A stretch of DNA of 64,000 nt from Antedon mediterranea (Eukaryota; Animalia; Echinodermata): contig NC_092680.1 of the NCBI RefSeq assembly GCF_964355755.1, positions 3,162,001-3,226,000 on the forward strand, given 5' to 3'. The notes beneath the pieces were generated by a model. The model ran no database searches, was not told where the DNA came from, and worked only from the letters and a program-made list of their open reading frames with translations. A program made the translations under genes and the position numbers. Shown here in pieces: positions 52,627-64,000 of this stretch; the first letter of the stretch is position 1, and the number at the start of each line of letters is the position of its first letter.

Positions 52627-55600
52627 ATGGAAAATACGTTAGTCGTGATTTTGAGTATTTCTTTACTATTCTGTGCTCATAAATCTGAAGGTACGTAAAT
52701 TCGTTTCTCATCTTGTCTTTAATCGTGAACAGGGACTTTTTTTTTTTAAAGTTTTTCTTATGATAAACAATGGCTTGGAGATTTGAATCATTACATTAAA
52801 ATATGTCTTATTTGAGATTATAACTGTTATTAATAATTAAAGAGAAACGTTGAAAGTTATCATATCGTTAAAGATTTTTTCTTGCTGTTTATTTTAATAT
52901 AGGAAAATGTTCTGCACCACCGCCATTTGTCGCCAATTCCAAGTTTACCACCAGCGGCGTAGAAGAAGGCGATAATGCTATCTACACTTGCGAGACCGGA
53001 TATCAGTCACAAGGCCCGCAAGATTACGTTGTGAAGTTCTGTCAATTTGGTACTTGGCAAGGCCTAGATATTGACTGTCAATGTTAGTACAAATAACGTT
53101 AAATAATAGGCATAATACACAAAAACAAGTTAGCATCAACTGTTTAGCAACGTCAATATAATATACACTAGTGGGGAAATAGCTGTGGTCATCATGTTAC
53201 AAAGTGAGTTAAGAGTTGGTAAAACAATGTATAGATTCTCTGATAACTTAACCATATAAACTCTTAGAAAGTATAGGAAGCCTTTGCCATTTTTGTCCTG
53301 ACTGTATGTATCATTTTCCAATATCAAAATAAGTTTTCATTCTCTTCTTCACGTGTATTTGGAACTCAAAATTACCTCTTAAAACAGTTGGCTTACGGCT
53401 TGTTAGTATCAGAAAACAAGATTATTATCAATGGTACTTGTGTACAACACTGGCTTGACCTAAATGTTATGAATAATAATATGTTGATACAAACACAAAC
53501 TCTACATAAACGTTATGATATCGAATAGTGGTAATTGGTATGCTTGTCGTTGACTTATTATTTATTTATTTTATTTTATTTTATGTCTTTAGGCAATGTG
53601 GCCAAGGATTACCAATAGTGAATTAATCACTGTCCTATAAGATAGGTGGTAATCCCCCTGATACAGGGGCTATTGTGTGAACCAGTTCACCGGGGTAACC
53701 CCCTACTCTTTTTCGAATAATGAACTGGGTTCTTTAAAGTACACACAGGTTATAACTGTGTACACTGGACCTACGGTTTATAGTCCTTATCCGAGAAGAC
53801 TTGTTCCACCACCAGAACTAGGAGCGAGTCGGCCTCGAACCATTGCCGATGTTGTTGTTGGCTCTTTAGGTACGGTAAACGGCGCCCCTGCCTTAACCGC
53901 TCGGCCATATATGATTCTAAATAGAATGTTTATCACGTTATTTGCTTTCTGATTAGGCATCATAAAAATGATATTGAACTCTGTACAAAATTATTATATC
54001 AGATAGTTACCTTTGCACAAAGTAACAATAATCTTATCTTATGTGTATATAGCAACAATTTTCAGAATTTAGCAAGATATACCGATAATTTGTTCTTATT
54101 GTCTAGTAATCATATTACTTTTTTTTTAAAACTATAGTTGTATTATATTTTGTACATTACACATAGTTTTGAAGTGTCCTGCTCCAACAACGCCAGCTTT
54201 TGGAGATATTATTTATAGCGGTGGTACCGGTAACCATTATTACATGTCGACTGTGTCGTACAAATGCGAGACAGGGTTACAGATGAAAGGTCACACAAGC
54301 CCAAGAAGTTGTAGTATAGATGGAACATGGACTTACTCCGTTCCATATTGTGATGGTTAGTGTACTGCAAAAAATATTATTACTACTATTTCTATAATAA
54401 TGTACTATATTTTCTCTTTTACGTGACCAACAAATGTGATGTGCCCATATATGGACATGATGATGTCATATCACTACCATATTTGAGCACATAACACTTT
54501 GCTATATACGGTACTTTCTATTGTCAATTATATTGAAATAAAAGTCTAAATAACCTGATTTTTTATCTCAAGAATTACAGCTCTGTATGAACAATTAGAT
54601 CTCATTTACATATCTTGCAGGTGGTATTTGCAACACTCCCAGTGAATTCTTTTCCAGCCAGTACTGTTACGATGTAAAGACGGACACGAAGACATGGACT
54701 GAGGCTAGTAAGAGTTGTAGTTCCTCTACAGGAACAAGTAACCTTGCCTATATTAGTGATGTCAAGTCACAGAAAGATATTTCAAATATACTTACAAGTC
54801 GTGGAAATCACAACTACTGGATAGGATTGTACGAAGTTTTGCAATGGTATTGGAAAGAAAGTAAGTCTATTTTTAACATGTATCGTTGTTAATATATTTA
54901 TATTACGTGGTACATTACACGTTCAGGTTTGTGTACCTTATTTTAGAATGCTGTCCAGAGAAGTAATCGACTATAACATGTATTTTATAAATCATATTTA
55001 ACCAGGCAGCTAACTAACTAATCTATTTTCAATTTTGTTCAGGTAATGTTCCTATGACTTACACTAACTGGGAAAGTGGATCAGATGTTAATAAGGAATC
55101 TTCCTGTTTTCTTAAGCGATCTACAGCTGAATGGTCAAGCAAGGAGTCAGGTGCTAAAATGGGATATATTTGCCAGTTTGGTTAGTTCATTTGACAATAC
55201 TATCTATTGAACTGCATTTCATCCTCCAACTAACAACAATATGGTCTGAATTGCTGGTTTGGTATTTATTACAAAACACCGGCTAAAAATAAGACAATGC
55301 CTATTGGCAAGTTTTAATTATGTATCTCCAAAAAACTCCAGAAGGTTTCTTAAGCTTGGTTCCCACTAGAACGTAACGCAAGGACGTAAACGCAACGCAA
55401 GCGTTTTAACCAATGACAAGCGAAGTTATAGACAGTTAGAAATCACAAGCGAATAAGCCATCGCTTGTGATTGGTCAATTCACTTGCGTTGCGTTACGTC
55501 CTTGCGTTGCGTCGCTAGTGGGAACTACGCTTTAGTAGGCATAATACATGTGAAGAGATATGATGAAGTTATTGACTTATCATTGATTTATAAAGAAAGA

Positions 55601-58600
55601 GTTCAAAAATTAGTTCTTTATTAATAATTATTTCTGGTCTAATGGTCATATTTACGGAATATCAACGAAAAAAATTGTCATCGAACGTCTTGATCTCAAT
55701 CAAATACTGTAGGTATAATTTTATTGCAATTACTGAATACTCTAAAAATAATACATTGACATAATATATATAAAATTGTATCACTAATTCTTATATATCT
55801 TTGCTACATCATACCATAGTAAAGCAAGTGTTATTTTCACAGATGACAAATGTCCTAAGCATTTTAGTGCAGATGGAGGCTTTTTTGAATATGATACTGT
55901 AACAATTGATGGTAACACATACTGTTTTGTATTCAATCCATCCGCATCTCAAAACTGGGACGGAGCAAGAGATAGATGTAGGTTTCACTATTATGACCAA
56001 AATGGAAGAAAAACAATGCCAGGGCGTCTTGCTGAAATAACCGATGGCATTACACAGATGTATATCGCGAGTTTGATTACGTCACCATCCAAACCAGAAC
56101 TAAAAGCTGACGATGATTACTGGATTGGGGCTCAACAGTTGAACAGCAATCCACGCTTATGGAAATGGACAAACGGTCGGTAGAATTTTATTTTTATGCA
56201 CAATTGAATTATCACTGTGTAATCCATATCAATGTATATTATATATTGGTTTAGCCGTTTTGGATTTGTTTTTTATATTTAAATCATAATTAAATAAACA
56301 TAATTATAAATGTCTGTTTCTAATCATAATTGTTTGATGTATGATTATGATTATGTTATGTTTTGTTCAATATTGTTTGTTATAGGTTTTAATTTGACAT
56401 ACTCATCTTGGGATAGTAGTGAACCGAGTAGTGTTGGAGAAAATTGTGTTAATATGTTACAAGCCCATGGGTACGACTGGAACGACGACGGCTGTGATTC
56501 GAAGTCTAGATACATTTGTAGCAACGGTAAATTCTTCATTTTACAGATCTGTATGACACCATAAAGTTCATACCTCAATTAATCACAACCAATATATAAC
56601 AAATACATTATAAAAAGTGTAAATTGTAGTTATTTAGATAACATTTCTATTTATGACTTCAGAACCTAAGTATAAAACAGAAGACTTTTGTGGCTTTCCT
56701 GGTGGTATACCAAATGGAGTAGTGAGTTCAAACCAATCGCGGTACGACATAGGAGACATTGTTGTCTACACGTGTATAACTGGTTACTCCATCGCTGGTA
56801 CGTCTTCTCTTGAATGTGTTGGACCAGAAGGAAAGTGGCTTGGAAACCAACCGATATGTATTGGTAATAGATGCATTTTCATCATTCTTTTTGATATTTG
56901 AATAAATGAACTGAATTTAATTGAATTTTGCTGATAATGGTTAAAAATTCATTCAAACTTAGGCCTAATCTTTATATTACATACATATACATTTTGATGT
57001 GCTCTAAACTGCTTTGAAGGTAATTTGGAAAGGCCCGACCAGTTGCAAAAAATAGTTACGGTATGAGTGGTGATGCTAAAAAACCTTCTACTTATACCCT
57101 AACAATTTTCCAAATTAGCCCAGTGTGTCGTTTAGGCTTCACGACACCAATATGTGTCATCGCTGGCTTCTACACAAAACATAATCTATTGCTTTTTGAG
57201 TTATTAAAGATTTAATTGTATTTATATCCGATTTCCATTCTATATTTTAGCGGTAAATTGTTCATCGACACCGCCTGATGTTCCATCTGCGTTGTACACC
57301 GTTGTGTCATTTTCATACCGCGGTATCGCCATCTTTGAGTGTAATAATAATTTTCAGATGATTGGTTACGGTGTGGTAACGTGTCTGTCGAATGCAACAT
57401 GGAGTCAGCCAACTTTTTTCTGTCAACGTAAGTTGTATTTTGTTAACATAATGCAATGATAATTATTGCGTGGTGGAGACACGACCCATTAAACAAAATT
57501 GTAACATAACTTATAATAAATTCAATACAGAGCTGACAATGCCAATGTTTTTAACCAAAATACTATTAATCGTATTTTTGTTATACAGTATTATATATTC
57601 TGGATTACATAACCACTAGTGATTGCACATGATAGTAAGGTGATAATGAATGACAGCTATTACTAAACAAATACCATGTAACTAAGGTTTGTGTTTGTTC
57701 TTCTTAACAGCAATTTCAACTTCAGCACAAACAACACTATCATTGTTAACCAGTGTAAAGACGTTGGACATTAGTTTAACACCTGTGAATGTTATAACAC
57801 TCGAAGATACAACTCAATATCTATCTACTGAATATACACATAGTGCGTCACTTCCTAAAAATTCATCTCCGTATAGTATAAACACTGTCTACACGGACGT
57901 TGGGTCTACCAACATTCATAAGTCCCAATCACCAAGGCAAGAAGTTACATCTAACAAAATGTCCACAACGGATTTACAAACTGTATTTTCAAAAACACAA
58001 GATCCACAGTCGACAACATCTCAGCAAACTGTAGAGGAAACATCACCACAACAATTGATATCGTCCAATATTCCTCTGTCAAGTCAACCAATAAAGTCAA
58101 CAACCGATACTTCTTCTAGAACTATGTTTTCCACAACATCTAAGCAAACAGTAAAAGAAACATCACCAGAACAATTAATATCGTCTACCAATCCTCTGTC
58201 AAGTCAACCAATAGAGTCGACAACCGATACTTCTTTGCGAACTATGTTTTCCACAACATCTCAGCAAACAGTAAAAGAAACATCACCAGAACAATTAATA
58301 TCATCTACCAATCCTCTGTCAAGGCAACCAATAGAGTCGACAACCGATACTTCTTTGCGAACTATGTTTTCCACAACATCACAGCAAAAAGAAACATCAC
58401 CAGAACAATTAATATCGTCTACCAATCCTCTGTCAAGGCAACCAATAGAGTCGACAACCGATACTTCTTTGCGAACTATGTTTTCCACAACATCTCAGCA
58501 AACAGTAAAAGAAACATCACCAGAACAATTAATATCGTCTACCAATCCTCTGTCAAGTCAACCAATAGAGTCGACAACCGATACTTCTTCTAGAACTATG

Positions 58601-61600
58601 TTTTCCACAACATCTAAGCAAACAGTAAAAGAAACATCACCAGAACAATTAATATCGTCTACCAATCCTCTGTCAAGTCAACCAATAGAGTCGACAACCG
58701 ATACTTCTTTGCGAACTATGTTTTCCACAACATCTCAGCAAACAGTAAAAGAAACATCACCAGAACAATTAATATCGTCTACCAATCCTCTGTCAAGGCA
58801 ACCAATAGAGTCGACAACCGATACTTCTTTGCGAACTATGTTTTCCACAACATCACAGCAAAAAGAAACATCACCAGAACAATTAATATCGTCTACCAAT
58901 CCTCTGTCAAGGCAACCAATAGAGTCGACAACCGATACTTCTTTGCGAACTATGTTTTCCACAACATCTCAGCAAACAGTAAAAGAAACATCACCAGAAC
59001 AATTAATATCGTCTACCAATCCTCTGTCAAGGCAACCAATAGAGTCGACAACCGATACTTCTTTGCGAACTATGTTTTCCACAACATCTCAGCAAACAGT
59101 AAAAGAAACATCACCAGAACAATTAATGTCGTCTACCAATCCTCTGTCAAGGCAACCAATAGAGTCGACAACCGATACTTCTTTGCGAACTATGTTTTCC
59201 ACAACATCTCAGCAAACAGTAAAAGAAACATCACCAGAACAATTAATATCGTCCAAGAATCCTCTGTCAAATCAACCAATAGAGTCGACAACCGATTCTT
59301 CTTATAGAACTACACTTCCCTCAACATCTAAGCAAACAGTAAAAGAAACATCACCAAAACAATTAATATCGTCGACAAATCCTCTGTCAAATCAACCAAT
59401 AGAGTCGACAATAGATACGTCTTCTAGAACTATGTCTTCCACAATATCTCACCAAACATCACCAGAACAATTGATGTCTTCTATAAATCCTGTGTCAAGT
59501 CAACCAATAGAATCGACAACCGATGCTTCTTCTAGAACTATGTTTTCCACGACATCTCAGAAAACAGTAAAAGAAACATCACCAGAACAATTAATATCAT
59601 CTACCAATCCTCTGTCAAGTCAACCAATAGTGTCAACAACCGATACTTCTTCTAGAACTGCAATTTCTTCAATATCTCAGCAAGAAGAAACATCACCGGA
59701 ACTAATGATATCGTCTAGGAATCCTCCTCAACCTATTGAGTTAACAACTGATCATTTTTCTAGAGCTGCTACAACGAAAGCTGATGATACCCATAGAACA
59801 AGGAAACTATTTCTATCAACTTTAACAACTACTGTACAGGGGGAAACATCGAACAGTGGTTTTACCTCTGTTTCTTCAGGAACGGAAGCTGGTAATACCC
59901 ATAGTACAAGGAAACTATTTTTATCAACTTTAACAACTACTGTATATGGAAAAACATCGAACAGTGGTTTTACCTCTGTTTCTTCAGGAACGGAAGCTGG
60001 TAATATCCATAGTACAAGGAAATTATTTTTATCAACTTTAACAACTACTGCAGTACAGGGGGAAACATCGAACAGTGGTTTTACCTCTGTTTCTTCAGGA
60101 ACGGAAGCTGGTAATACCCATAGTACAAGGAAACTATTTTTATCAACTTTAACAACTACTGTACATGGAAAAACATCGAACAGTGGTTTTACCTCTGTTT
60201 CTTCGGAGACGGAAGCTGATTATACTCATAGTACAAACCTTGTGCACACGACGAACCCATTTTTACCAGTGTCAAAACCTACTGTAGACGAGACAACGAC
60301 GATCGGTGGTTTTACGTTATCGGTCAGTGATGTCAACACTCACAGTACAAAAAGCAAAGAAAATACTATATTTACTACCACGACTCCAGATTATTTGAAA
60401 CATAATGATTTGACAGGTTTGTTTACTTCACAATTGTTTATATCAAATGTAAGTTGTAAAGATGGAGAATCTAAGTTCAAGATAATTCTTAACCGATTTT
60501 GCACATTCCAACATTTAACGTCACGCATTTGATTATTCTTATCATTATTTTTCGGCGGTTTAGATTTGATTTCTTTATCTTTTATTTGTTTTTTTTTTTT
60601 TCAGCATTGTTTGTAATGTTTGGTGGCATATTAATTCTTAATCTGTTCCTTTTATTGTTGTTAATTGGCATGATTAATAAATCTGGGTAAGTACTGTTTT
60701 GTTAATGATGACGCAATGATTACACTACTTATACACTACTTATTAACCACTTATACACTACTTATACACTACCTATACACTACCTATACACTACTTATAC
60801 ACTACCTATACACTACTTATACACTACCTATACACTACTTATACACTACCTATACACTACTTATACACTACCTATACACTACTTATACACTACCTATACA
60901 CTACTTATACACTACCTATACACTACTTATACACTACTTATTCACCACTTATACACTACCTATACACTACTTATACACTACCTATACACTACTTATACTA
61001 TTAATTCTCAATCCCAGTAATAGTAGATTTTGTTTGGTATCTACATATCTACTAAGTATTCTACAGTATCGTACCATTCAGTCAAACAGCTAGCTTGCAG
61101 AAAAGCGTCGACATAACTGTCTTGATAATGAGGTACTTTTATATACACTGTGCACGGTGTCAGGAGACGCTACAGTAGACCTTGTGGGACGAACGTTACC
61201 GTCAACAGACATGATATTACAGAAAGTTTATTGACGATACATGATACCGTACGTGTATCGCATATAAATAATGGCTGTGGATGGGTGGTAAGCATTATTA
61301 CAAACACATTTACAGTAACAACAATAAACGCGTATTGTCATTTATTCGATTAGTGATTAGCGATCACACTGAAGATAGATAATTTACATGATTGGAGAGT
61401 TTTTATTTTCTTGACACAATACTAATGGACTATGATGTACTTTTTAGACATAGGGTTGTTCCAGTAAATACTGATTCAAATCCATTCGACCCTATCAAGG
61501 TCGTCAGCGCTTCTGTAGAAGAAGAACATACTTCGAAAGTAACAACTGCCGAAGAGAGCACACTTACTATTGAAACGAATGGAATATGGCTGAGAGAATA

Positions 61601-61658
61601 TGATCGAAAGGTTATCAGAGACCCATGGAAGCCAATATATGAAGAAAACTTCTTTTGA
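52627..61658 (+). CDS. Gene 4: 12-exon divergent paralog, CCP2-CTL2-CCP2, long mucin stalk, TM, tail with NPF/DPW motifs (~1553 aa)
   Basis: Exons 52627-52690, 52903-53082, 54167-54355, 54621-54860, 55043-55180, 55843-56175, 56386-56526 (EPS...WND), 56663-56863, 57251-57427, 57711-60416, 60605-60686 (TM), 61448-61658. All GT-AG, 4662 nt in frame. The donor at 60416 was chosen by phase compatibility and is less certain. Confidence 0.85.
53560..53908 (-). mobile_element. Deu-like SINE, second subfamily (gene 4 intron 2); partial + strand copy at 6432-6575
   Basis: Same core (ggactataaaccgtaggtccagtgtacac...taaagaacccagttcat) but a different 3' region (ggttcaca...atagcccctgtatca), shared with 6432-6575. 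Confidence 0.75.
55353..55531. mobile_element. Harbinger-like MITE (TIR AGC(T/G)TGGTTCCCACTAG) with perfect TTA TSD, gene 4 intron 5
   Basis: tta|agcttggttcccactag...ctagtgggaactacgct|tta with internal subterminal inverted repeats. Confidence 0.85.
58020..59740 (+). repeat. Coding VNTR in gene 4 stalk: ~14 copies of a 120/114-bp unit (40/38 aa)
   Basis: Unit QTVKETSPEQLISSTNPLSxQPIESTTDTSLRTMFSTTSQ. Some units lack TV. Confidence 0.95.
59790..60235 (+). repeat. Coding VNTR in gene 4 stalk: 4 copies of a ~108-bp unit (36 aa)
   Basis: Unit HSTRKLFLSTLTTTVxGxTSNSGFTSVSSGTEAGNT, alternating QGE and (Y/H)GK variants. Confidence 0.93.
60720..61000. repeat. 11-bp minisatellite (TATACACTAC[T/C])n in the last intron of gene 4
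   Basis: About 25 tandem units directly visible. Confidence 0.95.
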
Positions 61659-63256
61659 AAAGGATGTTCACAATTACGAAATCAATGTTAGATGAGCCGT
61701 ATATATATATTTTATTGTTTAATAAATACACTTTTATAACAGTGACCAAAAACGATAAAACACATTACGCACAATTTAATAACACCAAGTAACACAAATT
61801 ATAAATAAAACAAATGAAAAGCACTGTGTAAAATATTACTGAAAATGTAGTAAAACTGGCCCGTACTCAATGAATTATGTTAAAGATGTATTTCCCCCAT
61901 AAAACATGAAAAATAAAGATTAATAAAATCAGACTTTAAATAGGCCATTTCGCAGTTGTAATAAAGTTATTCATTTCTGTAAAAAAAAACAAACAAACAA
62001 AAATGATTTCACTTATAAAAAGAACAACGAAACGGTACTTTTAACAAAAACCTATTATCTGACAATTTAAGACCCTAAGTATCCTTTGCTTTAAATATAT
62101 ATCTCTTTAACGTTAACTTGGTAAGATTAACACTAACAGACTAGATTAACACTAACAGACTAGATTAACACTAACAGACTAGGTTAAATACAAAACTAAC
62201 TAATAAAATTTACACGCACACATACGTGTAAGATAAAGTACGTACGGAATACTTACTTATTGGGTTTTATTTGTTACCGTAATTCTTTTTTCTTATTATA
62301 ATTAACCATAGAACGTACATGTCTTTCTTTCTTTCTTTTTTTTATTCAATTGTTCACACTTCCAAAACAAAAATACAAGTTATGTGAAACAATGATAACA
62401 GGTATCATAGTAATAAACAATAAGGTAATCAAACTAATTTAAACAAAATATATAGAGATACTTGTACTTTAAAAAAACAAAGAAGTGTGAAAGGAGGTCA
62501 AATAAATAAGTATGATACTTTAAGCTTGACCCCCTAACAAGACTGCAGGTTACGGTACATGACAAAAAACAGCACATGTAACAGAACATTTAAGAAAATG
62601 AATGACTTTATTTTTTTTTAAAGTAATACATTTGCATTATTTTTACAAAACATCAATGATATTACGTGTCTTGAAATATAGAATGTAATCTGAGTACTAA
62701 ACTGACATTAAATTATGAGTTGTGTGCTACCAAGTAATATAGGAATGAAGCAGTAGTTTTCTATTATAACATTATACAAGTATTGCCATCGTCTACTATT
62801 ATAAGGTTTGCATGGTAGCTTTGTGTACACTGCCCAAATATGGTGGTGATATGACATCATCATGTCCATATATGGGCACATGACATGTTTTTGTCACATA
62901 AAGTTTGATAGTGTAGACAGAGGTTAACACAGCTTATAAGACGTATTGTATTCATTGATCACATGATTCACTATTGCGTTTATCTCTAGGCCTACTCGGT
63001 GTCGTTTCTTATATTATTTCTGAATAACTTAATTATGCGGTGTTCTCTATGAATAATTTAGGCCTACAGTAAGTCTAAGGAAGATACAAAGTTACACGTG
63101 TAATTTCCGGATTTAAAAGTAGTAAAAAAGTCACTGAAGAAACAAATGAGAATCTCTGTAAGTTCGTAAACTCCAACTTTCATCCTATTTTATTTATTTA
63201 TTTCTATTGACATTCAGGAACTTTGCACCATAGTACTATTTTCTCTACAACGCATA

Positions 63257-64000
63257 TCAAACATAGGAATTATTAACTATTCCATTACTACTATGGGATG
63301 TTACAGATACATTATGCGATCTACCACCAACATCTCGTCTCAGTAGCCCACGTAATTTACATCGAATCTTATCCAAACCACGTCGAAAATCTTTCATCTT
63401 TGCGCCATAGACAATTGGGTTAATGCACATATTTGATGTGTACAGGAGAACAGTTATTTCGTGTTCAACAATAGTGCTGAATTCGAAACATTGGCAGATG
63501 ATATAAACCAGATAGAGTGTGAAGTTTGGAGAACTAGTGCAAATGAACACAATCACCACGAAACACATTGTGTAAGCAAGGTTTTTGTACATAGACGCGT
63601 CTGATGTAGAATGACTCTGCCGCCAGTTGTCAGAACTGCGTATCTCCCAAATTGCTCTACCTTTGCAGCATATCATTATGCATGTCGGAATAAAAAACAA
63701 TGTTAAGAAGATACAAATGCCAGAGGCAAAGCGGACCTTATTATTTGGGTAATTGTAGAGACACTCGCCGGACTTATCTTCGTTTATGTCTGCGAGTATT
63801 GCAAGATGAAAGACGATCAAAGCGCCAATGACGTGAGGTGTTATATATATTATGCAAACAATTAAGATGGGTTTATCCTTGAACTTGAATGGATACATGA
63901 TTGACAGGTACCTCTCAATGGTGATCACCACCAGGTTGTATGTGGATGTGACTGCGAAGAACCAAAACAGCATGCGACCTTTGCAGAAGACTGTTCCAAT
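63257..64000 (-). CDS. Rhodopsin-like (class A) GPCR, 5'-truncated by the window edge (TM3-TM7 and C-tail visible, no intron in this part)
   Basis: ORF stays open to base 64000 (IGTVFCKGRMLFW..., with the TM3 Cys). Contains ITIERY (DRY-like), YPF in ICL2, FFIP in TM5, FICTSSP in TM6 and NMCINPIVY (NPxxY). Confidence 0.9.
   Translation of the reverse strand: MGTVFCKGRMLFWFFAVTSTYNLVVITIERYLSIMYPFKFKDKPILIVCIIYITPHVIGALIVFHLAILADINEDKSGECLYNYPNNKVRFASGICIFLTLFFIPTCIMICCKGRAIWEIRSSDNWRQSHSTSDASMYKNLAYTMCFVVIVFICTSSPNFTLYLVYIICQCFEFSTIVEHEITVLLYTSNMCINPIVYGAKMKDFRRGLDKIRCKLRGLLRRDVGGRSHNVSVTSHSSNGIVNNSYV

Noticed and set aside
58261-58962. Two identical 75-aa minus-strand ORFs
   Set aside because: Antisense by-products of the gene 4 repeat. 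Useful only as evidence for the 474-bp higher-order unit.
60716-61093. 125-aa ORF with LLIHYLYTTYT repeats
   Set aside because: Translation of an intronic 11-bp minisatellite.
27830-61658. Naming the genes as selectin, furrowed, SVEP1, MRC1 or REJ orthologs
   Set aside because: Domain order differs (no EGF, vWA, FN2 or REJ modules seen), so no gene symbol is supportable.

Overview
AT-rich, intron-containing animal genomic DNA, probably from an invertebrate deuterostome (echinoderm-like; inferred from Deu-type SINEs and gene content). Bases 1-27,700 show no supportable protein-coding gene but carry many SINE, LINE and DNA-transposon remnants and motif clusters. Bases 27,830-61,658 hold a head-to-tail (+ strand) cluster of four spliced type-I membrane glycoprotein genes, reconstructed by hand from splice sites and reading phase. 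Three have the architecture signal-CCP-CCP-CTL-CTL-CCP-CCP-mucin stalk-TM-tail (about 1749, 808 and 1553 aa). The fourth is a 139-aa mini-mucin with no CCP or CTL domains. Genes 1 and 2 share a near-identical ectodomain but have unrelated cytoplasmic tails, and gene 2's promoter, signal, TM and tail match the mini gene. This looks like a paired or modular receptor system built by exon-cassette shuffling and gene conversion. A class A GPCR on the minus strand runs off the right edge. The window also has P-superfamily-like elements and excision footprints with 7-bp TSDs, a MITE turning into a satellite, and Penelope-type minimal hammerhead motifs. Gene models are manual predictions without transcript support.
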